A stretch of 63,760 nt of DNA, filler included, from Reticulomyxa filosa (Eukaryota > Protista > Foraminifera), in NCBI GenBank assembly GCA_000512085.1. It is 21 parts of 21 records of this genome, joined end to end, with 100 filler letters (N's around TTAATTAATTAA, not from the genome) between each part and the next. Parts side by side here need not be neighbours in the genome. Positions count along the whole stretch, not along the records: positions 1 to 4,810 come from ASPP01021366.1; positions 4,911 to 15,486 come from ASPP01026688.1; 19 more parts are not named here. One strand, given 5' to 3'. Under the pieces are notes generated by a model. That model was not told the DNA's origin, made no database searches, and saw only the letters and a program-made list of their open reading frames with translations. Every line of letters starts with the position of its first letter. Position 1 is the first letter of the stretch. This document shows, one piece after another, positions 1 to 12,830 of this stretch. The position numbers and the translations under genes are program-made.

Positions 1-84
1 TTGTCGAAGAACACACAACTCGAAAATGGATACAAAAATAGGAAGCAATGGACATTACGTGAGGAATATTACTATGAAACCTTT

Positions 85-516
85 GGCCATGCGAGGTTTC
101 ACTGAAGCGAAAGAGAAGACACAAAGGAATGTCAGAGTCTGACGAAACAATAGGTTATCATTGATAAACAAACATGTTTTGATGGAAATCACAAAATTAA
201 ATTATCTTCACAATGGCAATGAGCTCAACAAAACAAAAAGGACCCAACAATTATGGAAGCCCTTGGCAAACAGAGTTTTTTTATTGAGCATTTAATGTGA
301 AACGAGGAAAGGAGTTGGCGAAAAAATGGGCAAAGATTTACAAAGACACTGACATTCTGATTACACATTGACCTCTGTTTGATCATGGCAACACTATCAA
401 CAGAGTGGGCAAAACAAAAAAATGCTGGATATAAAAACTTGATCGCACGTGCCAAAAAAGACATATACACTCACACCTTTGGTTGCATTTATGAAATGTT
501 ATGAGGTTATGGTCAA
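85..516 (+). pseudogene. MPPED1/2-like metallophosphoesterase pseudogene
   Basis: Manual translation gives DGNH...YGSPWQTEFFY*AFNVKRGKELAKKWAKIYKDTDILITH*P...HTFGCIYEML*GYG. This matches the family motifs GNH, YGSPWQP..WAFN, DILITHGPP and HVFGHIHEGYG. In-frame TGA at 285 and 369, plus frameshifts. Confidence 0.85.
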
Positions 517-847
517 TCTGCGATTTTTATAAACACGTCTTCTGTTCTAAAAATCCGAAAATAAACTATTTTATTTTACATTAAGTCAACCACAAGTGAG
601 AATAAGGATTTACAGAAGCACGATACAAAGTACATATTGGCGCACACACGTATAAAACACAATTGCAACAATAGCAATCATTTCACCACATCATCAATAA
701 TTGCCATACATCACAAGCACCGGCATCGTCGAACGGATGAATATTTATATGATATCAACACATCGTCATCACAAAGTATGTTACAAACGTATCTAAACTT
801 TTTTTTTTTAATAGAATCAATAATTTTTTTTTATTTTATTTTATTAA

Positions 848-927
848 GGTCAGCGGCGGGACTCGAACACAAATCTCCGCTACATTAAAGGGCGACGTCA
901 CATTGCACGACCGCCCACATTGCTGAT
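848..927 (-). pseudogene. Degenerate tRNA-like sequence (tRNA pseudogene or SINE-related)
   Basis: Minus strand has a T-loop/B-box GTTCGAGTCCC and acceptor-like pairing TCAGC/GCTGA about 75 nt apart. The T and D stems are broken, and an A-rich tract follows. Confidence 0.55.
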
Positions 928-3451
928 ATTTCTACCAGCAATATAGCAAAGTCTTGTGCCAGTGCGTAGAAAAGCATACATATGACCCTGCGACTTAGTA
1001 CATAGATACACAAGACGCACTCCAACACACTAGCCAACCGAGCAACACTTTTGAGATTGCACCATCACCAAAAATTTCCAAAGAAATTCACAAAGATTGA
1101 TCGGCCCTAATGTGAACGTGTCCCAATAAATTCGGCGGGCTTTTCGTATTAAGCTACGCCACTATTTCATTTGTTGAGATTTTGCACATTCACTCCCCAC
1201 AAACACCAATCCCCTCCAATCAATGAGCTCTTCATTTTTTTTTAAATAAAAAAAAACACTTTGAAAAATTTTTTAAAAAACATAAACATAGTCCAAGTCC
1301 GCATAATAACAAATAGTATTTCTTCGGAGTCGGACAAATTTTGAAAACATGTTTTTGGCCGACGTCCGTGGCAAAATATCGAAAGTCTATAATTAGTCAA
1401 AGATCTAATGTTTTTTAATAAATATTGTTCAAAGAACAATGAAAATCTTTTTTGCTTGTTGTTCTTCGACTCAAATCTGAAGAAACAAAGCCAAAAAGAC
1501 CAAATAAATAAAAATAAACTTAACTTTGCTTTCTTTATTGTGGACTCAATAAAGAAATAAATTCAGAAAAATAAACTAAAAGAATTGACAAACAACAGCA
1601 ACAAAAAAAAAGGGCAACTCAGAATTTTGCTAACAATAACTTAAAAATTTTTATTATTTACTTTGAAGATTGTGTATTTAGTTAAAACTAATCTTTTTGA
1701 ATAAAATCTAATTGAACTGCATAAACTAATACAAAAAATATAAAAATTACAACATTATTTATTCGAATGATGTGCTGCCGTTCAACATTTAATTAGGTAT
1801 CACAAAAAAATTAACAATTGTGTAATAGTAATAAGTATGCGCTTAAATTTTTTAATTTTGTTTCTAAGAGCTTGGTTACTACTTTTTCATTTATTGATTA
1901 CTGCTGTGGAGTTTCCCAAAAGTGCATTGTCCCTGTATGCTGACATGAGAAAAACTCTTCAGCGTACTGTGTAGTTGGTCTCAAAGTACCCCAAACTATA
2001 CTTTTAAAAAATTAAAATTGAAAAATATTATACAGTGCATTTGACACTGTTGAATGGCAAAAAGTCATGATTGGTACATGATTACAGACAAACATTGCAC
2101 ATGTCCACGTGCAGAGGGTAATCCCAGGAATTTTTTAAAACTGGTTGTTGAGCATTACTGGATTCCCTGGAAATAACAAAAACTTTGTACGTAATCTCTT
2201 AAACTTGTATCATTTCAGAAAATGTCATTGATAGTTGCAGCAATAAACATTTTTTATTCCAGTTGTTGTTATATCTTATTTATTGGAGTGAAAAAAAACC
2301 TACCAAAAATTTTTTTTATAATAAAAAAAACTTATTTTGAATTTTTGTGACGTTTCTTCAAATTGTTGAAGCATTACTTTGTTGGTTTTCTTTTGGAAGT
2401 GGAATTTTTTGCTCTGAGATGATTTGGTTTTGTAGCCGTTCTTCGTTTTGAAGAAAGATAGTGGAGAAGATTTAGCGTGAGATATTTGGGTGACAACAAT
2501 CTTGTCATTCAATATCATCGCTTTTTGGATGTTTGTTTTTTTATTTAACAATAATAAACAATGGACTTCTCGATGATCGCAAGGGACCCCGATTAGTTAA
2601 AAAATTAAAGTACTTGTATTTACTTTTTAGCAAAAGAGGATCCAAGTGTGAACACGTACTTATAACTTCAAACAGAACTATATTTAACTTATCTCCTGTT
2701 ACATCTGCAACATCATAAACTGTTTAAAACACGCTTTAACACATTCCGAAAAGAAATTCTATGCTGTACCATTTTCCTCTGATTCACGTAGAAAATAATC
2801 AATTTATATAGCAATTGGATAAGATAGTATCATTTACATGTCAGCACACATTAAAAACAACTTTAATAGTATCTGATTGTTTATAGATGTAAACTATTTT
2901 TTATTTGACATTTACTCAAAATTTGTTTAATAAGCCAAAAACAAATGTTACGTGATGAATAAATTATTATAACTGTTTTTTTAAATTTTTTTTTCGATTG
3001 AAGCACTCGGAACTGTATTCCTTTTTTTCCTCTATATTTCACTGTTGCGTCTTAGTTCAAATTTGCATCATCTTCGTGTAGTGATACATGAGTCACAACT
3101 GACTCCAGAGTTGTAATAACTCAACTCATAAAACATTCAATTCTCTTTATTCTCAATTTTCTTATACGTTTAGTTTAGCTGAGCTCTCTTTCTTGCATCT
3201 CCCTACATTCGAATTATGTTTTTCGAGATTCAATTCTATTCTATTAACAATGTTGGCCTTGTAACAATTACTTGGTATCAATTTTATTCAAAAAAATATT
3301 GAAAAAACAAAAGGATGTTTTGATATTTAATAAAACCAGGAAGTAAATGATAAGGAAGAGAATTTGCGTTTTTAAGTCAAACGTATTACAATACTTCCTT
3401 TTTATGCATGAAAAAAAAAAAAAAATTTTTGATTAGTCTTATAGTTTGTAT

Positions 3452-4583
3452 TTACTCTTGTACGCTGTTGACAATTTGGTTGATGTCATTTTTTAAGGCT
3501 TCAACTTGATTCATCATTGTTTGCCATTCATGTTCACGAATATTGTCGAAACTCATTTGAATGTTATTTAATTTTGTAACTTGTTTGTCCAATTCATTTT
3601 TAACATTTTTTAACTCTTCTAGTTCTGCTTTTTGTTTGTTTAATCTTTCGTCAATTTCATTAGAAACGTTGTATTTTGTCTGCATTTGTTGTACAACTTC
3701 TCTTAAAGCCGTAGCCAATTTTTGAGGCTGTCTTTGTGTTTTGTGCAATCGATATTGATTTCATGCTTCACTGTATTAACACTATATTCGGTTACGGTTT
3801 CCTTTAATTTTGTATGTGTACTCACTTCTGGTGTATTCACTTCTGGTGTATTCACTTCTGGTGTCTTCACTTGTTTCCCGACAAACCGTCCACGAAAGGC
3901 ACCAAATACGACACCAACCAAAGCCCCAATAAAAACAATTTTAACAATATATCCGATATTTTTAGCAATACCTTTGACAGCATTTTTAGTAATATCTTCG
4001 ACAACACTTTTAGTAATAATAAAATATCTAATACCGTGTTCAATAGCATATCTAATATCACATCCAATAGCATATCCAATAGCATGTCCAATAGCATGTC
4101 CAATAGCATGTCCATCAACACCTCTGAGAGTGGCTCTAGTTTTAACTTTTTTTACGGTGTTTTCCCAAGTCACTGGTCTCACTTTCGACGTGATTTCGGA
4201 TTTCAATATTGTTGCAGTTTTGGTATCAGCGATAGTGTCAATGAGCTCGTGAATGGCTTCCAACTCTTTACTTTCGATCCTTGCTTTCAAATAGAGCTGA
4301 TCTTGAATCATAGCTTCGCAGTGTCGTTTAACAACGGCCAAGGCTTTCTTCGAATTATTCATTGCAACTATTGATGACCCCAATACATTCTTTGCCTTTA
4401 ACAGTGCACCTGCATTTGCAGGTATGTCAATCTCTGTTTCAAACAATAGAGGCAGTTCTTGCAGTCTATTAAAATGTGTGTTCACTGCCCTTGTCACTTC
4501 TTCTTTCCACACTTTTTTAAGCTCTGTAAAGTTTCCCATATATCCTTTATATCGGTTCAATACAGGCTGTATCCAATTCTTCT
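3452..4583 (-). CDS. Hypothetical protein with internal peptide repeats and C-terminal coiled coil (frameshifted)
   Basis: Overlapping ORFs 3703-4560 and 3452-3748 on the same strand; HAIG and TPEVN repeats; heptad-rich C-terminus. Confidence 0.55.
3816..3872. repeat. 15-bp tandem repeat (about 3.8 copies)
   Basis: GTGTATTCACTTCTG units at 3816, 3831, 3846 and 3861; encodes TPEVN on the minus strand. Confidence 0.9.
4063..4114. repeat. 12-bp tandem repeat (about 4.3 copies)
   Basis: TCCAATAGCAT(A/G) units at 4063, 4075, 4087 and 4099; encodes HAIG/YAIG. Confidence 0.9.
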
Positions 4584-4810
4584 ATTATATTTATAATTAA
4601 TCAAAAGTACTGATATCCCTTTTACAAAGCTTTCTTAATAATTTACTTTAATGGATTCTATTAACTTGATTTAAATAATTGTTTTTTTTTGTTTACTCTA
4701 ATTCAAATTCACAATGACATGACCAAATAATGGAATGTTACAAAATGGATATACAAGTACTTTGTCTTTTTAGAGTCAACAAAGTTCACTCCGTTAAAAA
4801 AAAAATCGCA

Positions 4811-4910
4811 NNNNNNNNNNNNNNNNNNNNNNNNNNNNNNNNNNNNNNNNNNNNTTAATTAATTAANNNNNNNNNNNNNNNNNNNNNNNNNNNNNNNNNN
4901 NNNNNNNNNN
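4811..4910. other. Artificial contig linker (first of 20)
   Basis: N44-TTAATTAATTAA-N44. Identical 100-bp linkers also start at 15487, 16814, 19493, 21594, 23040, 25105, 29581, 31169, 33267, 38901, 40123, 44623, 45763, 50009, 51340, 52946, 54946, 56208 and 61605. Confidence 0.99.
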
Positions 4911-4986
4911 AAATAGTATATACAATATATACAATATATACATACATATATATATATATATATATGTGTGTATATAAATGAGACAG

Positions 4987-7071
4987 GGAAGAAATGAAAA
5001 AACGTACGCTTGACAAGGTGCAAGTGTTAAAGTCAATTCAGGAATGGAGTAGCTTTGCCAAAGCAATGAGATGGACGGCAGCAGCAACAGCAGCAGCAAC
5101 AGCAGTGTGGAAAGTGAGTGTTGGGAGAGCATACCGATTGAAAGCGCTGTCCAGATCACTCCTCGCACACATTGTTTGATCGAATGGCAATGTCCCAACA
5201 GCAGCAATAGCAATATTGTGACAAAGGTCGTGGTTATCCCTTGGTCGACAGTATCGAAGAATCGCAAGTGCAGTGATTTGTTCAAACAACAGCAGCCTCC
5301 AAAACGTGTCAGAAAAGCGCAAGTGCAAGATTGGGTGACGGTACCAATTACAGGGACGTTTCGCACAGGCGTGATTTGCACATATTTGTCGCTGATTTGC
5401 GACCGTGGATGTTCGGAAGATACGTGGGAAAAAGAGATTCAGCAGAAATGGAAAGAAAATGATGATAATAATCAAGATCACGATGATAAGAATGGAAATG
5501 AAATAATGTCCGTTTCGGCATATCGTCGTCGCTACGACTTTTTAATCGAGTTGGAGCGCATAAGTCAACAGTATAACTCCGTACGAGTGCTGGCAATCAT
5601 CCAGAAGCTGCAGCTGCAAACGATTGACACACTTGCGTTTTCCAAAGCTTGGGCCAGCTTTGCAGAATCCAAACCACTCACCGACGCCATGCTCGCTTAT
5701 GCCAAGTCCGACTTGGAAAAAGCGCGTCTCGTGTATTCGTGGATTGCACACAACGTCGAGTACTCGTGGGACATGCTGCAAGCCAAAGACCGTAAAGAGC
5801 ATGTCGACATTCGTCCCCGGACCACTTTCACAAAGCGCAAAACCATTTGCAGTGGCTACTCTAAGTTGTTCGAAGAAATGGCTACGCAAATGGGTTTGGA
5901 GTGTGTCTACATCTCTGGTATATTTAAAAAAATTTTTTTTTTTTTTTGTTTCAATGAGACAGAGAGAGAGAGAGGGGAGCATCAGGACAAATACTAGGTA
6001 TACGTACCAAAAGTACTTATATATACATATATACATAATTTATTATTTTTTTTTTTTTTTAAAAAAAAAAAAAAGGCTTTTCGAAGAAAGAAAATAAAAT
6101 GATAAAAAGCGGAGACGAATCAGACCACGCGTGGAACAGCGTGAAGATTGAGAAGCAATGGGCATTGGTGGACGCCACTTGGGGAGCAGGAACATTGAAT
6201 GACACGAAGTTTGAAAAGAGTTTCAATCGTGTTATTTTGCGACTCCGGGTGAGCAGTTTATTTACAGCCATTTCCCGGAGGACTCTCAATGGCAATTGCT
6301 ATCATCATCATCATCATCATCATCATCATCGTCGTCGTCGTCGTCGTCATCAGCAGGGAATGAGTCTGGTGGACATACGTGTACGTTGGAGCAATTCAAT
6401 GCCTTCCCATATACAACGCAGACACTGTTGGAATCGCAGCTGGTATTGCAGAGCCATCCGTATTATGAGATCCGCATTAGCAATGACAACAACAACAACA
6501 ACAATGATGTGGCCGGCCAAGGACACATTGTGCTGAAAGCGCCTTCTCATACATGCATCGAGGCATTCTTGAAGCATGCCGACGACACATCCAGACTGCC
6601 GCCGGGATTCACGTGCGTGCGGTACCACGCGATCGACCAAGGGATCATTGAGATCGACTTTGCATGTCCAAAGGTGGGTTTGTATCAATTGACCATTTGC
6701 GCGGTGTTGGTTGATATCGACCAACAAAAAGAACAAAAGGAACAAAAAGAACAAGGAAAAAAAGCATTTCGACGAATCAACAGAACCGCAGTGACGTATC
6801 ATGTCGTCTGCGATCGACCAACGGATAAAACGTATCCGCTGCTGCGACGTCCATTTTTCGCAAATGGAATGGACCTTATCAGTCCGTTGTGCAACTTTGT
6901 GACAGCGAGTGATGGACTGCTCTCTGTCCAACTCAAAGTCCCTTCTGTTATTCGATTGATGGCCAAATTGAACCAAATTATTGTCATTGATCCACAACAA
7001 GCTAACGTCGATGCCAATGATGAAGAAGTGGACTGGACAAATGGACATGTTCAAATCCAATATCCAACAAT

Positions 7072-7114
<43 letters not shown>

Positions 7115-9457
7115 GCCAAAGAATTGATAACAATCGACTTTGCATTTCCCAAGCCTGGTAAATACTCATGTGAGGTGTATGCCACTTCCGACAGCGACAG
7201 CAGTAGCTGCCCTTTGGCATTGAGTTTCAACGTCGCTCGCGCTGAACCCACGACCCGTACGTACCCGCTCGTGGCGCGTCCCTTTTTTGCCCACAACTTG
7301 CAATTGGTCAGCCATCCTTGCAACTTCATTACCGTCTCCAACACCGATGCCATGCTCGACTTGCAATTGAAAGTGCCTCGCTCAGTCGACCTCCTCGCCA
7401 AGATGAGACATGTTTCCTCCGAGTATTCGGAACAACACGAAGAAAAAGAAGAAGAAAAAGAAAAAGAAAAAGAAAAAGATTATAGTACAAATCATCTGCA
7501 AATTCAATATCCATCCAAAAAGACAGCGATACGTACTCATGGACCTGATGGCGATGCGCGGGACGTGATGACGATACGTTATGCATTTCCAAAGAAAGGG
7601 GTCTACGAATGCGATTTCTTTGTAAAGAAGCTGACGGAGAAACAAGAGAACGATACAAAAGATGATGGTAATAATAATAATGAAAATGAAAATGAAAATG
7701 AAAATGAAAATGATGGGGAGGATGAGGATGGCAGAAACAATCGTTATTCTTTTGCATTAAGGTATCAAATTACTTGTTTGCACGAAACGGATCGAACGTT
7801 TCCATTTCACTTCGTCCATTTTTCCACAACGAGTTTGAACTAGTGAGTCATCCTTATGATTTCATCAAAGCCACTGCTGGCGTCGTCGTCATTCAACTAA
7901 AGTCCCGTCCAACGTCGACTTGCTTGTACATCTCAAAAAGCCCGTGCAGTCTCCCCTTTCGCAGCTGGAAGATTATACGTATGGACATTTGATGATCGAA
8001 TACCCTTCCGATACTTTGTCGTCATTGGCCGTGGAAAAACAAGTCTCGTCGAAAGAGGAGACAACAAAAAAGATGGTTAGTCTTCGTTGTGCACTTCCAA
8101 CCAAAGGCACATATGAATGCAAGGTCTATTGCCGAGCCGACGATGATGACAACGAAAGTGATAGCTATTCGCATGCGCTCATGTATCACCTTGTTTGCGA
8201 GGAGGAAGAGGGGAGCACGCAGACATATCCGTACGTATATCCCGAGTTTTCTCATCTGCGCATGCAGGTGGCCAATCCGAAAAGCATGACGTATACTTTG
8301 CACACCGACGAACACGGGCATGTTGAAGTGGAGTGGAGAGCTCCTGTCACTGTCAATGCTACATGCATATTAAAGTTGTGTCCGTCCAATTGTAAGAAAG
8401 CGAAAAGGATGAAGCAGAGGAGGAGGAGGAAGAGAAGACACAAGAAAAAGAAAGAAATAACAAAAGTGCTCCTAATTTGTCTCATCACACTATTGTGCAA
8501 TATCATAAGTCACCAAGCCCAAATGATGATGGGAATGATGCAACTAATATCATTCGCATTTGTGCTACTTGTCCGCGGACAGGGTTGTATGAACTGAGCA
8601 TTTTTGCTTTGGATACACGTTTCAAAAAAGCCTCTTCGACCATGCCTTGTGTTGGTAAGTATTTGATCAATGCGAGTACTCACACGAGTGACACCTTCCC
8701 AGAGTGCTTTCGAACTTTCTTTGATTATGGATTGGAACTCCTTTCGCCAATCCAACGTACACTTACTATTGACGGAGATATCGTGCATATTCAATTGAAA
8801 GTCCCACGAGATGTTCAAATTGGACCGGCTTTAAGCCTTTGCTCAAAAGCAGACTCCTCCGACTACGTATTGGTGCAGTACTCTGATCCGGCTGAGATGA
8901 TCCTGCTAATGACCGCAGAGGTGCAAAAGTAGCCCATATCTTGGTCGGCTGTCCTGAACAAGGCAACACAAGCTCAACATTTTTGCTCGCAGAAAAAAGG
9001 AAGGGGAAGAAGAAGAAAAAGAACAAATGCATCTCTTGTTTGGGATTGTGTCATGTCTTTCCAAATTGTTACCAAAAAGACTGCCCCAAAATTGCCCCAA
9101 TTATTCCACAGCTTTTGGCTCCACAATGCGTACTTAGAAAAACCATGGTTCATTCCCAATTCTCTTTTGACTTGCGAGTTCAAGCTGAGAGTGGAAAATG
9201 TAATCCATTTGTACGTCATTAATGAAAAAGACGATGAATGGACCAAGATACCCTGCTGTGAAAATGACAAAAATTGCTTTCAAGGAGAAGCCCCCATAAA
9301 AGAAGAACGGATTGGAATTTTGGCTATGTTCGAAGGAACAGACACGTATACTCAAATCGTGCATTACAACACGTGTGACAGGCACTTTGCTGTCACGCCA
9401 AGGCAACCATTGTTTGCCTCTCCTAGAAACGTGGTCAAATGTCATTTGCAATTGTAA
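4987..9457 (+). CDS. Kyphoscoliosis peptidase/hillarin/Cyk3-type transglutaminase-like protein with tandem Ig-like repeats (5'-partial, spliced, frameshifted)
   Basis: EKARLVYSWIAHNVEY, KTICSGYSKLF (catalytic Cys) and HAWNSVKIEKQWALVDATWGAG (His, Asp). These are followed by repeats of the form YP...PFF...L.LVSH...L.LKVP...F.FPK.G.Y. Intron at about 5918-6046; ORFs 5071, 6099, 6296, 7774, 7920, 8477 and 9053 chain together. Confidence 0.9.
7072..7114. repeat. (AAC)n microsatellite, poly-Thr
   Basis: Perfect trinucleotide run inside the coding frame. Confidence 0.95.
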
Positions 9458-10089
9458 CAAGTCTTAAAAAAAATAAACAGTCAGAATTCGTATTTGTGTT
9501 TTCTCCCTCCAAAAAAAAATTCTGTAATATGAATTTTTGGTAATCGACTTATTTCAATTTTTTTCCATTGTTTTTGTTGCGTTATAACGCAATACATGAA
9601 GGAGATGTTTTGGTGATGTTTGCTTAGCTTCAAAATTTTGTTTGAAATTTTTTACGTGCTTTGCTTTTTTTTTTTGTTTCTACCATTTTCTCGGCTTTGC
9701 TCGAGTCTAAGAAATAGACCATTTGCAAGTCAGATAGTCAAAAATTTTACATTGTGATATAGCACAAAGTCAACGTTGAGATGAAAAAATCGACTTTTTT
9801 TTTAGAACACCTTATGATGTGTCCTCTACGCTTTATTTGTAAGGGGATATTGCGATGATATTTCTACTAGTTATTTGTCATATATATTATAATTTTTCTT
9901 TTGAAATACTTTTTAAAAAATGTCCATTAGTCTAACCATCGAATTTACCCAACAAAAATGGGTATGACGTGACACCACCACAATAACTGCTTAAAAAAAA
10001 AAAAAACAAAGAAAAAAAAAAAGAAACTACATGTACATATCCTTGTTTTTTGTTTCTCGATCAATCCAGTGACGTAGATTACATCATAT

Positions 10090-10724
10090 TTAGTTGGACG
10101 GCTGTACTTGGAGCTCAAGGCGGGGGTAATTATTGTTTTTGCGGTTATTAGAAGTCGCAGTGACAGAAGTTGTGATAGAGTAAGTGGCTCTGTTGTTTTG
10201 GATAGGAATGTTTTGGAAACCGCTAATATGTAAAAATCCCAAAGTAGCAACGCAGAGATGGCAACACTTGCAAATGCAGAAATAGGTTCTATCATACGCT
10301 TTAAACATAAGCAACAAGCAAAAGCAGTTGATAACAATGTCAACGGGCAGGGCGATCGTCCACTGCAGTCTAGAATAGAGGAGAAGAGAGATGGACGTAA
10401 CGGCGACCATGACAAAAGTTAAAACTGTGACTTTGACGGACAGTTTATAAAACTGAGAATCTTCTCGCAATTTTTTCAATTGTTTTTGGCGTTTTTTGTT
10501 GGGTGTTTCAGGAGTATTACTGGACAAGTTGGAAAGACTGAGAGGAACACGACGAGAATCAGACGCGAGTTTTTGCAAGCCACCTGCATCGTCCTCATTT
10601 CTATTCTCGCTTACTGCTTCATTTGGTAAAGATGGGCGAGGTGTGTCACTTCCGTTGCTGCGAAGGGTACTGGCCATTTGGTTATATGGATTATCATTGC
10701 TGTTATTATTATCATCATTATTGC

Positions 10725-10764
<40 letters not shown>

Positions 10765-11613
10765 ATTATTATTATTATTATTATTATCATTATTATTATC
10801 ATTATTATACGTATTATGGTTATTGCTATTTTTATTATCGTCATTGTTATCATTGTCTTGACGAGGAGAATTTTTTTGTTCAGCGCTTTTGTAGTTATCC
10901 TCCTTCATGCTGAGTTCACGGATATTGTTGGCGTGTTGCTGTTTGGCCAGTTCCAATAACGGTCTGATAAACAACAGTAGCAAGATTACGTTCATTGCAA
11001 AATCTAATGAGGCCGTTAGTAGTGAGCCCCACCATGGATATGTCAACTTACAAACATATCCACCATTGCGAGCAATGGCCTGACGTCCTCTTTTCACGGT
11101 AATTGGATCTAAGACCGTTGCTAGCAGGGCAATCCCTCCATTTATCCCATGTAATATATTGATCACTGACGTTGAGTATGCAAATGCGCTGTTCACAAAC
11201 GAGGCCTGCAGTCGTATTATCAAACACGCATAAATACTTACTTTATGGTACACAAACAGTATTGCACCTGCCGCCGTTTGTGTTTTGCAAGACGTTCGCT
11301 TAAACTGATGATAGGTTACTACGCTTGCTGCCACGTATCCCACTCCACACAGAATCGCTAATATGCTGAATAAATGTACAATGTGTCCATACGTTATACT
11401 TGCTATGCACTCATTTGATGACGATCGGAAGGGTGTTTGGGATGCGCTTGGCGACCTTATTCGATTACTCGAATTTTCACCTTCCTTTGCTTGCTCGTTC
11501 TTTATCACCAGTAAATGTGCCATAAAAAGTACTGCAAGCCAAAAAAGACAGACCCAATATACTATAAACATGATATTTTGCCCTTTTTCATTATTTCCAT
11601 TTAATTCCACCAT
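10090..11613 (-). CDS. 7TM GPCR-like membrane protein with Asn-rich third cytoplasmic loop
   Basis: Seven hydrophobic segments; Cys at the top of TM3 and in the loop before TM5; IRL at the end of TM3; Cys cluster after TM7; first ATG at 11613. Confidence 0.75.
10700..10810. repeat. (AAT)n-like microsatellite, poly-Asn
   Basis: Imperfect ATT run inside the 7TM gene. Confidence 0.9.
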
Positions 11614-12264
11614 CTTCACTTAATTTTAGTTTTTTTTTAAAGGTGAACGAACATTTTTGCTTGTCCTTGTCTCTTAAAACACAAGTACAAATAGCTATCT
11701 GTTTTGTTTCAATTTTGACCAAAATTATGTTCACTTGATGGCAGGTTTCTATCTTTTTCAGATGCTTTTGCCGTCGCTGGACTTAATTAGTAAGTTGTAT
11801 ATTATGTACGTTTTGAGGATTTTTAAATTTATACTTCACTTCAACAGATTCTCTTGTTTGATTTTCTTGTTGCAATGATGAAAGATTATAAACATTTTTT
11901 TTAAACAAAAGTAATTATAATTTTAATTAAACAGTTCTTAAAATCTAAAATACAGGTAGAGTCAAAAGTCATGACTTAAGATGATCGATTTTCTGTGTCA
12001 AAAATTAACATTTTTTTCAAAATTTTTAAAAATATACCATCTTCAATTATTTCAAAAGCATTTCATTTTTTCCCACAATTTTTTGTCGTTGCAAACATTT
12101 CTATTATTTTTTTGTTATAAAATTTCAATTTTTATGTGTTATTTAAGTCAAGTTTTTGTTTTTACATTATTAATTGCAATAGAAGAATATTTGAAATGTA
12201 ACAAACATGTGGATCTAATCTTTTTTGCAACAACGATTTTGTAAATTTTTTGCGCATCAGTCCA

Positions 12265-12370
12265 TGTTCGTGTAGGACAAGTCCCTAGTGTAGGGAAAGT
12301 CCCTATTATAAATCCCCAACTACTAACGGAACGGTGGGACCCCCAGTGGGTTAAAACCCTCTTCTCAACA
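12265..12370 (-). mobile_element. Short LTR-like unit
   Basis: TGTT...AACA termini; internal 18-bp tandem GTGTAGG(AC/GA)AAGTCCCTA; a purine-rich tract precedes it on the minus strand, downstream of the integrase relic. Confidence 0.35.
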
Positions 12371-12499
12371 CAACTCACTTTTCTCTCGTTGTACTTGTTT
12401 CTTTCATTTTAGTTGTTATTATTCTTTCTTAATTTACTTTCTTTTACTGAAATTGTTCTTTTGGAACTAAGTTCCTTTCGTATTACATTTAGTCTTCTC

Positions 12500-12830
12500 A
12501 CAAATCCCACAAACTACAAAGCAACTTCTTTCACTGATTGAGTTTTTAATGGAATGACTATAACAAATCTTGTAAGACTATATTCATAGTCATGATATAA
12601 CGTCCTTGATCAGTTTCTGGAAGAGAACCTCCAATATATGATGCTACTGTTTGAAAGGTCTCATTTGTAATATATAGATGCTATAATCATTTCTTGTTTT
12701 TAAAGCACATTTAATTCTTTTTTTTTGTTATTTTTCGGACATTCTATCTGTATATATCTGTGTTTGCCACATTAGTCATTTGGATTAATTTTATTGCTAT
12801 TCCTATATGATTTCGTTTTCGCTTCACGTT
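12500..12830 (-). mobile_element. Decayed Ty3/gypsy-type integrase fragment
   Basis: Frameshifted translation NHIGI...RPF/QTVASYIGGSLPETDQGRYIMT.../LTRFVIVIPLKTQSVKEVA. This matches the rve N-terminal pattern PF..V..DIVGPLP.T..G.KYILT..D.LT.F....P. Confidence 0.75.

Noticed and set aside
285-371. UGA=Trp or selenocysteine recoding
   Set aside because: The second TGA is at a Gly position, the gene has frameshifts and lost ligands, and TGA is a normal stop in the Rac gene.
4855-4866. Recurrent TTAATTAATTAA as a biological repeat or CRISPR-like array
   Set aside because: Always centred in exactly 88 Ns; it is an assembly spacer with stops in all six frames.
6298-6350. Poly-His/poly-Arg tag-like peptide in ORF 6099
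   Set aside because: Off-frame reading of a (TCA/TCG)n poly-Ser tract after a frameshift.
10496-10959. Poly-Ile/Leu/Tyr ORFs (also 28215-28587 and 50795-51160)
   Set aside because: Alternative-frame and antisense readings of (AAT)n microsatellites within real poly-Asn coding regions.
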